Shown one piece after another: positions 53,860 through 63,154 of a DNA stretch of 64,000 nt. Source of the stretch: Bacilli bacterium (lineage in GTDB: Bacteria > Bacillota_I > Bacilli_A > RF39 > UBA660); NCBI GenBank assembly GCA_017511375.1, contig JAFWKJ010000011.1, positions 4,023 to 68,022 on the forward strand. The letters are read 5' to 3'. The notes beneath the pieces were generated by a model. The model worked only from the letters and a program-made list of their open reading frames with translations. It was not told the origin of the DNA and made no database searches. Position numbers and translations under genes: made by a program. Position 1 is the stretch's first letter. Every line of letters begins with the position of its first letter.

Positions 53860-56058
53860 CTATAGACTAATAGCTCTAGCTCCATCAAATCCACTATATA
53901 CTTTTTTTCTCATTTCCGTCAAATCTTCTCCTGTAAAAGTATCCTCTTTTATTTCTATTAAACTTTGCTGAACAAAGTTTTTGCAGTACGCAATATATTC
54001 TTTTAGTACACCTGCTACAATAGGATCTTTCTCTAAATATTGTTCATAGATTTGATCTAAAATATGATATTTTTCTAAAAATTCAAAGGAACCTTTATTT
54101 CTCATATTAACCATAATAAATTGATTCAATTGCCAAATTAAACCACTGATAGCTCCATGAACCATATCTTCACTATTTTCACTATCTAATACCCATCCAT
54201 TTTTAATCCCATTTTCTGCTTCTAACATAAATCTTTTTTTCATGCCATCACTCACAAGTAAATTTCTAAAAGCTGATATTTTTTCATCTTCACTTTGATT
54301 CTTTAGATTATCTTCTAAATCTTCTCTAGAAATACCAATCGTCAATAAATCATAGTTTTGTTCTTTAAAACTTCTAAAGTCTTGAGAAGAATTCAACTGT
54401 AAGTTGTTTGATACATAAGAAATCCATTCATCCTGAAACATATGATAGAATTCACTACTTGGATATTCTACTCCTCCTATAACAACTTTATCATGATAAA
54501 CAATAATCTCCTGATCATTTGGAAATTTTTCTATATCAAAAATATCTAAATTTCCTAATTTTTCATGAATCATATTTCTTACATTCCTACTCATATGATT
54601 GATAACGCCCATCACTTTAGAATTAAGAATCATTGGTTCAGAATCTAAATGAAAATGAAATTTTTGATTTAAGATTTCTCTTAAACTTTGATCTTTCGTT
54701 GGGAATGTTTCAAGCGTATGAACTCGATAACTTGTATTATAAATACCCAGAGCTCTTTGATTTAAAATATCTATTTTATCAGCATCCATCGTCATATACA
54801 TAGCTGAAGATAATAAATATCGAACAGCATTTGGTGTCCTGTCTCCTGCTTTTAGACGGTCCTCTATCGATAACGCAATATCATAATCAAGCATTCCTTT
54901 TAGAGCCTCTTCTATTTCTGTTTTATATTGTTCTTTCTCTTTTTCATCTAGCTCCACACTGGATATTTCTTTTACTTTACGATTCATTATATCCACAATC
55001 TTACTGCTTACTTCATCACTACTTAATCCATGAATATTTCCTAATACATCATGGATTTCCTCATCTAATTCTTGAAACTCTCGATTGAATCTTCCTTCAT
55101 CAATTTGGAAACCACTCGCAACAGAATAATCAATTCTTCTACTAGATATAATATTTTTTATTTTTTGAATAAATTGATCAATAAACTCTTTATGTTTAGG
55201 ATTCATTTGATGTTTTACATCCATATTCATTAAACGAGCTTGATCATAAGATTCATTAATAAAGAGATACGCATCTCCTACCATTTGTAAATCATCTAAG
55301 GCACTACTAGATCCAGCATAATCAAAATAACTAATAGCTGAATTCTTCTTTTGATGACACTTTACAACAACAGCCGCAACAGATTCAGTAATAAAGCGAA
55401 GAACTTCATCTGCATTATCATCTACCCCTAATTTATGTAATTCTAAAGCACTCGCTAAAGAATAATAATAACCCGCAACAGCATGATCCACTTCCAAATC
55501 ACCAATTTGTTTTTCTGAGCGTCTCATACGTCCATCATCTAAATTATTATAATGAGCGGCTTGATAGAATCTTCCTACATCATGTAATAAAGCGGATAGT
55601 AATACCGTACGGCGTAACACTTCTATATTAGCCCCTTCTGGTATTTTTTCTAAAGACTGTTCCGCAATAAAAGTGATTCTTGCACTATGAGCCAATTTTA
55701 AATGCATATTATAAAGTCTCATTACTTTCGCAATCATCCACTCTTGTTTTGAATCATGATTAGTTTGTTGAAGAGCTTCCTCCATATCTTCTTTAGAGAA
55801 CCCAAAAACTTCTTCTACTTCTCTAACAAATATTTCATTCGATAACTTTTCCCTTACCGCTTTATATACTTCATCTTTTTCTTTCAAATCTATAAAAGGA
55901 GATTGACTATCCTCTAAAGATTTCAATTCATTCTTACACTCTTCATAATAACTTTTTAAAAGTTTCCAAGCATTTTCTAAAGCCGGTAATTCTAAACTCT
56001 TTTCCTCTAACCATCGAATTGCTTCATAATCATCTTCACTCATGGGATTGTATTTCAT
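53860..56058 (-). CDS. Large HD-domain protein (732 aa)
   Basis: HSARITF...ALLHDVGRF...VDHAVAGYY (the H..HD..H/D metal-binding pattern) near residues 120-200. The rest is unassigned. Confidence 0.6.
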   Translation of the reverse strand: MKYNPMSEDDYEAIRWLEEKSLELPALENAWKLLKSYYEECKNELKSLEDSQSPFIDLKEKDEVYKAVREKLSNEIFVREVEEVFGFSKEDMEEALQQTNHDSKQEWMIAKVMRLYNMHLKLAHSARITFIAEQSLEKIPEGANIEVLRRTVLLSALLHDVGRFYQAAHYNNLDDGRMRRSEKQIGDLEVDHAVAGYYYSLASALELHKLGVDDNADEVLRFITESVAAVVVKCHQKKNSAISYFDYAGSSSALDDLQMVGDAYLFINESYDQARLMNMDVKHQMNPKHKEFIDQFIQKIKNIISSRRIDYSVASGFQIDEGRFNREFQELDEEIHDVLGNIHGLSSDEVSSKIVDIMNRKVKEISSVELDEKEKEQYKTEIEEALKGMLDYDIALSIEDRLKAGDRTPNAVRYLLSSAMYMTMDADKIDILNQRALGIYNTSYRVHTLETFPTKDQSLREILNQKFHFHLDSEPMILNSKVMGVINHMSRNVRNMIHEKLGNLDIFDIEKFPNDQEIIVYHDKVVIGGVEYPSSEFYHMFQDEWISYVSNNLQLNSSQDFRSFKEQNYDLLTIGISREDLEDNLKNQSEDEKISAFRNLLVSDGMKKRFMLEAENGIKNGWVLDSENSEDMVHGAISGLIWQLNQFIMVNMRNKGSFEFLEKYHILDQIYEQYLEKDPIVAGVLKEYIAYCKNFVQQSLIEIKEDTFTGEDLTEMRKKVYSGFDGARAISL

Positions 56059-56537
56059 TTCTTAAATACCCCCTTTTGTAATAATTCATTATAAATAGAA
56101 CCAATTTTATCACGAAAAGTATAGTAAAATTGAACTTGTTTTTGCAAAGTCCCATCATAATAACAAGATTCTCTTCCAAACTTCTCTGATAACTGAAATC
56201 CACATTTAGGAGATAAAGATTGATATTCTTCATCCTCTATTAATCTTTGATATAACAAAATCGCATGCTGAACAAGCGCACTATTTTTTTCAACAGCAGC
56301 AGACTGCACATAATCAAACAAAAAACTACGTTTCAAAAAAAAGTCCATTCTTTTAAACATTTCATATTTTGACTTTAAATCCTGAGAGTTTTTAATAGAA
56401 TCTAACCAAGATAAAACAACAGAATTAAGAACTGCCATATCATTATATTGATTCCTACCGGAAATAGAATACTTTGTACTAGCTAGTACCATATCTGTTT
56501 TTAATTTTATTATCTCTTCTACTAATTCATCTTCCAT
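56055..56537 (-). CDS. Hypothetical protein (160 aa), translationally coupled to the HD-domain gene
   Basis: 4-nt overlap with 53860-56058. No motif recognised. Confidence 0.45.
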   Translation of the reverse strand: MEDELVEEIIKLKTDMVLASTKYSISGRNQYNDMAVLNSVVLSWLDSIKNSQDLKSKYEMFKRMDFFLKRSFLFDYVQSAAVEKNSALVQHAILLYQRLIEDEEYQSLSPKCGFQLSEKFGRESCYYDGTLQKQVQFYYTFRDKIGSIYNELLQKGVFKK

Positions 56538-56605
56538 ACAAATACTCTCCTATTAAATATAGTATATCATGATAACACAAAATAAAAAAGCAAATCAAAA
56601 TAGAT

Positions 56606-57496
56606 TTACTTCTCTCTCATCATCGCTAATTTATCCTGAAATTCTTTAGGAGCTTCCACCTCAAATGACAGTTCTTTTCCTGTTTTTGGATGTTGTAGTT
56701 TTATAAAATAAGAATGTAACATTTGTCCAAATTCACTACATTTTCCTTTACCATATAGAGGATCATTATTCACAGGATAACCAATATACGCCATATGAAC
56801 ACGTATCTGATGTGTTCTTCCTGTATCTAATATACACTCAATAAGTGTATTCTTTTCAAACCTTTCTAATACTTTAAAATGGGTGATAGCCTCTTTGGCA
56901 TTCACATCTGTCACAGCCATTTTTTGTCTATTATTTTTATCTCTTCCTATAGGAGCATCAATCGTACCCGTTTCATGAGGAATCACTCCATCGACAATCG
57001 CCAAATATCTTCTTTCTACTTTCTTATCGGCAATCATAGAAGATAATTTTTCAAGCATCTCTTCTGTTTTAGCCACTAACATCAAACCGCTAGTATCTTT
57101 ATCCAAACGATGAACAATTCCTGGTCTAAAATCCTCTCCTGCTAAAGGACCATATCGATACAACAAGGCATTCACAAGTGTTCCACTATAATGCCCAGGA
57201 GCAGGATGGACAACCATACCACTTTTTTTATTGATAATAAGAAAATCATCATCTTCATAAATAATATCTAAAGGAATATCTTCCGCTTCTACCGTAATCG
57301 AATAATCTAGCTTATCATTGATTTCAATCACATCATCAAGTTTAACCATATAAGAATTAGAAACTACTTTGTCATTGACAATAATTTTTTCTTCTTTCAT
57401 CAGTTTTTGAATTTTACTTCTAGATAACTCTAGTTTTTCTGACAAGTATTTATCAATTCTTATTCCATCATTTTCATCTACTGAAAGGATTACCAT
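56606..57496 (-). CDS. rluD: RluA-family 23S rRNA pseudouridine synthase (RluD-like)
   Basis: S4-like N-terminus (RIDKYLSEKLELSRSKIQKLM). Catalytic HRLDKDTSGLMLVAK. GRTHQIRVH. Start at the ATG at 57496 (AAAGGAGGGG RBS). Confidence 0.9.
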   Translation of the reverse strand: MVILSVDENDGIRIDKYLSEKLELSRSKIQKLMKEEKIIVNDKVVSNSYMVKLDDVIEINDKLDYSITVEAEDIPLDIIYEDDDFLIINKKSGMVVHPAPGHYSGTLVNALLYRYGPLAGEDFRPGIVHRLDKDTSGLMLVAKTEEMLEKLSSMIADKKVERRYLAIVDGVIPHETGTIDAPIGRDKNNRQKMAVTDVNAKEAITHFKVLERFEKNTLIECILDTGRTHQIRVHMAYIGYPVNNDPLYGKGKCSEFGQMLHSYFIKLQHPKTGKELSFEVEAPKEFQDKLAMMREK

Positions 57497-57552
57497 AATG
57501 ACCCCTCCTTTAATCAACCATATTATAACAAACAAAAAAAAGAATAGCAAAG

Positions 57553-57978
57553 CTATTCTCCAATTTCAATATATTTCTTTTCAGGTAATTCTTTCTTTGG
57601 ATCAACCTTAGGAATTTCTAAGCTTAAAATACCATTCTTAAAAGAGGCTTTAATATCTTCAGCTTCTACATCTTCTCCTACATAGAAACTTCTAGAACAT
57701 TCTCCAGAATATCTCTCACGTCTAATAAACTTACCTTTTTCCTCTTGATCATCTTTTGTATTCATAGAAGCATTGATATTCAAATAACCATCTTCTACAT
57801 CTATCTTAATGTTTTCTTTATCAAATCCAGGTAAATCAACATCAATAATGTAGTTATTTTCTCCTTCACGAATATCAGTCTTCATCATAGGCATTGGATG
57901 TTTATCAGCCTTAGTAAAGAATGGATCATCAAAAAAATCATCAAACAAATCATAGTTTCTTCTAGGTACAATCATCAT
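57553..57978 (-). CDS. Hsp20/alpha-crystallin-family small heat-shock protein
   Basis: MKTDIREGENNYIIDVDLPGFDKENIKIDVEDGYLNI...F.NGIL.L.IPK. The start is ambiguous among the clustered ATGs at 57975-57987. Confidence 0.85.
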   Translation of the reverse strand: MMIVPRRNYDLFDDFFDDPFFTKADKHPMPMMKTDIREGENNYIIDVDLPGFDKENIKIDVEDGYLNINASMNTKDDQEEKGKFIRRERYSGECSRSFYVGEDVEAEDIKASFKNGILSLEIPKVDPKKELPEKKYIEIGE

Positions 57979-58076
57979 ATACATCATCTTCCTTTCCTGA
58001 ATGTGTAGAGCCATGAATGGTAGCACATCTATATGAATCTAATACCTGCAAGGACATCTTTTTTCCTTACATCTAT

Positions 58077-58105
58077 GTTATACCACTAAGAATTAGCACT
58101 GTCAA
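58077..58105 (-). promoter_or_regulatory. Sigma-A promoter of hsp20
   Basis: On the minus strand: TTGACA (58100-58105), a 17-nt spacer, then TATAAC (58077-58082). Confidence 0.6.
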
Positions 58106-58119
58106 TACATAAGTGCTAA
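58093..58119. promoter_or_regulatory. CIRCE operator (HrcA binding site) overlapping the hsp20 -35 element
   Basis: TTAGCACTg-N9-aAGTGCTAA compared with the consensus TTAGCACTC-N9-GAGTGCTAA: 8 of 9 positions match in each arm, with correct 9-nt spacing. Confidence 0.8.
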
Positions 58120-58155
58120 TTTCATTAATAATATATGTAAATAAAATGTTTTTAT

Positions 58156-58182
58156 GAAAAAAAAGATATCTTTCGATATCTT
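58156..58182 (-). terminator. Intrinsic terminator after 58181-58978
   Basis: On the minus strand, AAGATATC-GAAA-GATATCTT is followed by T7. Confidence 0.65.
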
Positions 58183-58978
58183 ATTTTTCATCCTCTTCAA
58201 GAACCTCTTCAGATTCCGTTTCCTCATAGACCGGATTATCCATGGTTATAATAACGTTTCCAAAAGCAAACTTTAATTTTTTAGCATCTTTAGGAACGAC
58301 AAAGCCGATATATCCTTGAATCGTATCCATAGAATCAGCATAGGTTTCCAAAATAGAAATATAACTAGCTTTACCATATTCTACCCTTTCGGAAGTTCCT
58401 GCTTTTAAATCTGCAAATTCTACTTGATATCCATCTGCCTTCAAATGAATCATAGAAGAAGAAATATATTGTTTTTCTTTTTGTTTATTATGATAGATAA
58501 AGTGAAAAGCAATTTTTTGATATCCCTCTGGCGTATTATAAAAACTAGCAAAGTTATCTGAAACATAAGAATATAATTCATAGGAATCTAACTTTACAGA
58601 ATAGTTTTCTATCTCTCCTACTTCATTGAAACCAACATTCGCATTGTAAGAAGTATTTAATGCATTAGATCTACGATGAGAAGTATTAATCATAATAGCC
58701 ATTGTGATAGGAACCGCAATAATAAGGATGGATGCAAAGATAAAAATGAAAGGCGCTTTAAAAGCCTTACTTATATCCGCTGAAAGTTGTTGACTATACT
58801 CCGCATTCCTTCTACTTTCTTCTTCGCGAAGCTTATCTTGTTGTTCTTTGTATTTTTTAACTTTAGCTGTACAGTTCGCGCCACAATTTGGGCATCTATA
58901 ATCACTAATAGAAATAGGCACCCCACAGTAGTCACATTCTAACTCTATTCTTTTTTCATTATCCATTTTTATCACCAA
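58181..58978 (-). CDS. Zinc-ribbon / TM / DUF4352-like extracytoplasmic domain protein
   Basis: CDYCGVPISISDYRCPNCGANC (CxxC..CxxC), one TM, then a beta-rich region with Y.V.L.S... and GY.GFVVPKDAKKLKF. Confidence 0.55.
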   Translation of the reverse strand: MVIKMDNEKRIELECDYCGVPISISDYRCPNCGANCTAKVKKYKEQQDKLREEESRRNAEYSQQLSADISKAFKAPFIFIFASILIIAVPITMAIMINTSHRRSNALNTSYNANVGFNEVGEIENYSVKLDSYELYSYVSDNFASFYNTPEGYQKIAFHFIYHNKQKEKQYISSSMIHLKADGYQVEFADLKAGTSERVEYGKASYISILETYADSMDTIQGYIGFVVPKDAKKLKFAFGNVIITMDNPVYEETESEEVLEEDEK

Positions 58979-58993
58979 CCTATCATGGTTTTT

Positions 58994-59800
58994 TTAGGAA
59001 TCAAAATAATGATTCTTCTTACCAAACAAAGCTCCTATAAATCTTCTCATAGCCCTACCAGTCGTAAGCCAAACAAATTTAGCATGATTCTTTTGATTTT
59101 GAGAAATTTTCTCAACCATATATTCGGCAATTACTTCGGGAGGATCTCCTAAAATATTATATACATTTTTTGTCTTTTCATCCAACTCAATTTTATCACC
59201 ATCACCCATAGAAGTTCCTATAAAATTAGTAATCATAATCCCTGGCGTGATTTTTCCCACTTTCACATATCCACCTGCATCATCTGACTCTTTCGCAAGT
59301 GCCTCTGTAAAGTAAGTAACAGCCCTCTTACTTGTACCATAGATAGATAAACCTGTAATAGTCGCATCATTAGATCCATGGCCTTCCACATTATAAATAG
59401 CTCCACTCTTTTGTCTTAACATAATGGGCATAATACATTTACTGCATAAAATAGTTCCTTTTAAATCAATATCTATCAATCGATCAATAACTTTAGAATC
59501 CAATTCCCAAATAGGGTACATTGGTTGATTTACACCTGCATTATTAATCCAAATATCAATTGTGTCAACCTCTTCCAACACTTTTGAAATAAGATGTTGT
59601 ATTTCTTCTTCCTTGGTAACATCCATCTTATAAGCCAGAATCTTCCCTTGAGAGGAAATTGCTTCTAAATTTCTTTTTGCCTTCTCCAATTCTTCTTCAT
59701 TCACATCGCAAAGAACAACGTGATAGTTTTTTTGACGAAACAATGAAAGCATGGCATATCCAAAACCTCTAGCACTACCAGTAATAACCACCGTTTTCAT
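58994..59800 (-). CDS. SDR-family oxidoreductase
   Basis: VVITGSARGFG (TGxxxGxG), NNAG, and the YGTSK catalytic Y..K motif. Start at the ATG at 59800 (AGGTGA RBS). Confidence 0.85.
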   Translation of the reverse strand: MKTVVITGSARGFGYAMLSLFRQKNYHVVLCDVNEEELEKAKRNLEAISSQGKILAYKMDVTKEEEIQHLISKVLEEVDTIDIWINNAGVNQPMYPIWELDSKVIDRLIDIDLKGTILCSKCIMPIMLRQKSGAIYNVEGHGSNDATITGLSIYGTSKRAVTYFTEALAKESDDAGGYVKVGKITPGIMITNFIGTSMGDGDKIELDEKTKNVYNILGDPPEVIAEYMVEKISQNQKNHAKFVWLTTGRAMRRFIGALFGKKNHYFDS

Positions 59801-59811
59801 AAAATCACCTA

Positions 59812-60180
59812 TTATTTCTTCCACAAACCATGCAAATTACAATAAGCATAAGATGCAACAACAGTTTCCTCTTCTCCTAAAGTGAAAACACAACTTGGCT
59901 CTTCTCCTGGATGTAAAGATTGAATTTTAACTTCTTTATTTGTTTCTAAAATCATAAATTCAATATAATGATTTTCTTCCATAGGATGAAGCACTTCCCC
60001 ACAGGTAACGGTTACCTTAGATTGATCAACGTTTACGACAGGAACATGCTTTTCTACAGAAGCATCTACTGTATTTTCTTTTAATAGAAGCATCTCTTTT
60101 CCGCAGCAAACAGGAACTCCTGCCCCTTCTTTTAAAACAGCAACAATGTTACCGCATCCCATACATTTCCATATTTTCAT
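59812..60180 (-). CDS. dfx: Desulfoferrodoxin (2Fe superoxide reductase)
   Basis: N-terminal desulforedoxin CxxC...CC (KCMGCGNIV...PVCCG), EKHVPV, and C-terminal CNLHGLW. Start at the ATG at 60180 (AGGAGGAAG RBS). Confidence 0.85.
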   Translation of the reverse strand: MKIWKCMGCGNIVAVLKEGAGVPVCCGKEMLLLKENTVDASVEKHVPVVNVDQSKVTVTCGEVLHPMEENHYIEFMILETNKEVKIQSLHPGEEPSCVFTLGEEETVVASYAYCNLHGLWKK

Positions 60181-60246
60181 ATTACTTCCTCCTACACTAT
60201 ACTCCAATTATATTCTATCAAAAAAAAATCTAGTCGTAAACTAGAT

Positions 60247-60747
60247 TTAAGCAAAAGTAGGTTCTTCTTTAACAGAACGTTTCTTTTTGTTTTTAACAGG
60301 AACAGCAGTTTTTTTCGCAACACTAGCTCTTGGCTTACGTGGCTTTTTCACTTTTATTCCATATTTTTTACACAATTCATAATAAGCTAATAACGGATAT
60401 ATTTCCTCCACTTTGATAACACGGAATACATTTTTTAGGATACTAAATGATGTAAGAACAAATAGTCCTGAAAAAGGAATATTCATATTGAATAACATAA
60501 GTGATAACAACTCTATCAAGTAAAAGGCAATCGTTATAAATTTATATTTCTTTGTTTCTAAATAAAACAATAACAATTCTATCGAAATAACAAGTATTTC
60601 CGCAATAGAAACAATCACAAGAAACAATGTTTTTAAAAGTGCAAGTTGATAAGGGTGCACTATAGCAGCTACACTCATACATATAACACACATTATTACA
60701 CACACAGTCTCTATCATATTTAATTTTTTATGAATCTTTTTATCCAT
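60247..60747 (-). CDS. Hypothetical polytopic membrane protein with a basic C-terminal tail
   Basis: ORF only. Start moved to the ATG at 60747 (GGGGTGA RBS). Four TMs. Confidence 0.45.
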   Translation of the reverse strand: MDKKIHKKLNMIETVCVIMCVICMSVAAIVHPYQLALLKTLFLVIVSIAEILVISIELLLFYLETKKYKFITIAFYLIELLSLMLFNMNIPFSGLFVLTSFSILKNVFRVIKVEEIYPLLAYYELCKKYGIKVKKPRKPRASVAKKTAVPVKNKKKRSVKEEPTFA

Positions 60748-60806
60748 CCAAATCACCCCATCAATGCCGTATATTATATCAAAAAAAGGTTGATTTGTAA
60801 AGTGCG

Positions 60807-61325
60807 TCAATCATGAATAATAGAATCCATAAAAATATCTTGAGAATTCATTGGTACTTTATCGATTAGTTGTTCCCGAAAACAAATCCCAACTTTATTA
60901 GGAAAATGTTTTTCAAAATAGCGATCATAATATCCTTTTCCATAACCCATACGACCCCCATTTTCATCAAAAACAACTCCTGGTACTATCACTAAATCTG
61001 GTTCTATGCGATTTTGTATTTTTTTAAAAGGCTCCTCTATTCCATAAGAACTTTTTTCAAACAAATCGTCTTTTTCCGTCTTATAAAAAACCAAATCATC
61101 CCCTTCTACTCTAGGAAAACATACTATTTTTCCACACATATAAGAAGAAGCAATAATATCTTTCGTATCTACTTCACTCATAAAACTCTTATATATCCCA
61201 ACAATCTGAGAAGTTTGAAAAGAAGGATGTTTTTGAATTAGACTACAAATTATAGAAGATCTTTCTTCTCTATTTAAAATATTATTTCTTTTTTCTAAAT
61301 ATTCCTTTCGAATTTGCTTTTTCAT
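60807..61325 (-). CDS. 5-formyltetrahydrofolate cyclo-ligase
   Basis: 172 aa. VPGVVFDENGGRMGYGKGYYDRYF is the family signature. Confidence 0.85.
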   Translation of the reverse strand: MKKQIRKEYLEKRNNILNREERSSIICSLIQKHPSFQTSQIVGIYKSFMSEVDTKDIIASSYMCGKIVCFPRVEGDDLVFYKTEKDDLFEKSSYGIEEPFKKIQNRIEPDLVIVPGVVFDENGGRMGYGKGYYDRYFEKHFPNKVGICFREQLIDKVPMNSQDIFMDSIIHD

Positions 61326-61360
61326 AAACCCTCCTAAAAAAAAGAAGCCTAAGATTCATT

Positions 61361-62008
61361 TTAAAGACTTGCCTTCTTAGAATCATCTAAATCCACAAGA
61401 GCATTCATAAACAACATGGCTGTAGAGGAAGGAAACAAATGACTTACTTCAATATACTGATTTAATTCTTGATGATTAATCTTACTCCAATCTATTTCCA
61501 TTTTAACCAAGCCCAACTCACTACTCTTTTGAATAGAAAATTCACGAAGGAATTCTCTAACAACCCTACCATTTCCTTCTCGGTAAGGATGATAGTAAAT
61601 TAAAGAGGAATACAACTTGGACAACAATTCACAAAATTCTATTTTACTATGACAATGATTTAATCTTTCCTCTATTTCCGCAAACAAAGAATCAAGTTCC
61701 TTTTCCATATCATCAGGATCGTGAATAAAGAAAAATGTTCCTCTTGCTTTTCTCATATTCACCTTTCGGTATTTCCCCGCAAAAGGATAAACCTCTCCAA
61801 ATACAAATTGATGGATAGCATTTAAATGTTCTTTTCCACATCCCAAATCAAGTGGTTTTTCTCTTAATTCTAAAAGTTTTTCAAAAGAATAAGATGCATC
61901 AACTTCTTTTAATCTTTCAGGGTCTCTTATATCATAATGATTTATTAAAACTTCCGTCCCCGGATAAAAATATGCATCCCATAACAAATCATTTTCTTGT
62001 TCCGTCAT
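61361..62008 (-). CDS. Fic-family protein (class I toxin-like)
   Basis: The Fic motif HPYREGNGRVVR fits HxFx(D/E)GNGRxxR, with Y in place of F. Start at the ATG at 62008 (GAGGTGA RBS). Confidence 0.8.
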   Translation of the reverse strand: MTEQENDLLWDAYFYPGTEVLINHYDIRDPERLKEVDASYSFEKLLELREKPLDLGCGKEHLNAIHQFVFGEVYPFAGKYRKVNMRKARGTFFFIHDPDDMEKELDSLFAEIEERLNHCHSKIEFCELLSKLYSSLIYYHPYREGNGRVVREFLREFSIQKSSELGLVKMEIDWSKINHQELNQYIEVSHLFPSSTAMLFMNALVDLDDSKKASL

Positions 62009-62174
62009 TTTTATCACCTCTTGTTTTCATTTTCACTTTAGGGCGATTTTCTTTTCCTGTCGAAATACCTTTGGATGCCATTACTTTAACAACAAAATCA
62101 GATAAAACATAAGGAATATCTTCGTCATCGTATAAAGCAAGTACCCTTTTAATATCTTCTTGAGTAATTATCAT
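61989..62174 (-). CDS. Small Fic antitoxin-like protein carrying the inhibitory (S/T)xxxE(G/N) motif
   Basis: 61 aa from the ATG at 62174 (TAGGTGG RBS). It contains STGKEN and overlaps the Fic start by 20 nt. Confidence 0.55.
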   Translation of the reverse strand: MIITQEDIKRVLALYDDEDIPYVLSDFVVKVMASKGISTGKENRPKVKMKTRGDKNDGTRK

Positions 62175-62284
62175 AATACCACCTAATAATATCATAGCAA
62201 AAAGCAAAAAATAATTCTACAAATAGATAAGAAAATTCATCAAAAAAAATGGTAGCAAAAGCTTACCATCTATTATCATATAAG

Positions 62285-63130
62285 TTATTCTTCCTCCGCA
62301 GGTTTTTCTTTATCAAAGTTCATTAAATCACAAGTAGAATAAGAATTATTATGAAAATATCCTGTCATCGTAAACCAATTCTTTTTCGCAAAACATTGGA
62401 CCCCTTCAAAGTCTTCATAGTCATATTTTGAAGAACCATCTTTTCCTTCTTTTAATTTGTTTTTTTGAACAAAACCTTCGATAATAATAAACTCACTATT
62501 TTTCTCTGTAATAGTTCCATTCACTTTTATGGTCACTAGTTTATCTTTAAAGGTCACTTCGATTTCATCCCCAAAATGTTTTCCCTTCCAAGTTCCTTGC
62601 ACGTATTCTTCATCTGCGTCATCAAATAATTGAACATTAGATCCCGCAGAATTAAATTCATAACCATCTTTTTTTACAAATTCATGAAACAATTCAAAAA
62701 AACTACTCACAGAATTAGGATGAACCGTAATACATTGATTCGAATATTTGTAGATTTTCTCTCCCGAGTCATAAATAACATCTAAAGTATCTCCAAGCCC
62801 AGCAGGAAGGCCATCGACGGTTGTGCAAAATCCATTTCCGCGAGTCTCCTGATTTTGATCAATTACCTCTTGAAGACTTTTGAAAATGCTATCATCTTCT
62901 GTGTCATATTTAATAATAAAATAACTGCCATCTCTCTTATTATATTTGCCCCCACCACTTGCATAAATATGTACAACATTTCCTTCTTTCTTAGCTGAGA
63001 CCATATAATCAGAACCAACATAACAAAAAGATACAATATTTTTTGATTGTATAACCTCACTACATCCATCGATGTGAGATTCATGACGACCTCCACACAT
63101 AGGAGGAGTATTATTAAAAAAATCCATCAT
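62285..63130 (-). CDS. Hypothetical protein (281 aa)
   Basis: ORF only; soluble. No motif recognised. Confidence 0.4.
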   Translation of the reverse strand: MMDFFNNTPPMCGGRHESHIDGCSEVIQSKNIVSFCYVGSDYMVSAKKEGNVVHIYASGGGKYNKRDGSYFIIKYDTEDDSIFKSLQEVIDQNQETRGNGFCTTVDGLPAGLGDTLDVIYDSGEKIYKYSNQCITVHPNSVSSFFELFHEFVKKDGYEFNSAGSNVQLFDDADEEYVQGTWKGKHFGDEIEVTFKDKLVTIKVNGTITEKNSEFIIIEGFVQKNKLKEGKDGSSKYDYEDFEGVQCFAKKNWFTMTGYFHNNSYSTCDLMNFDKEKPAEEE

Positions 63131-63154
63131 TTTATAATCTCCTTACTAAAACCA

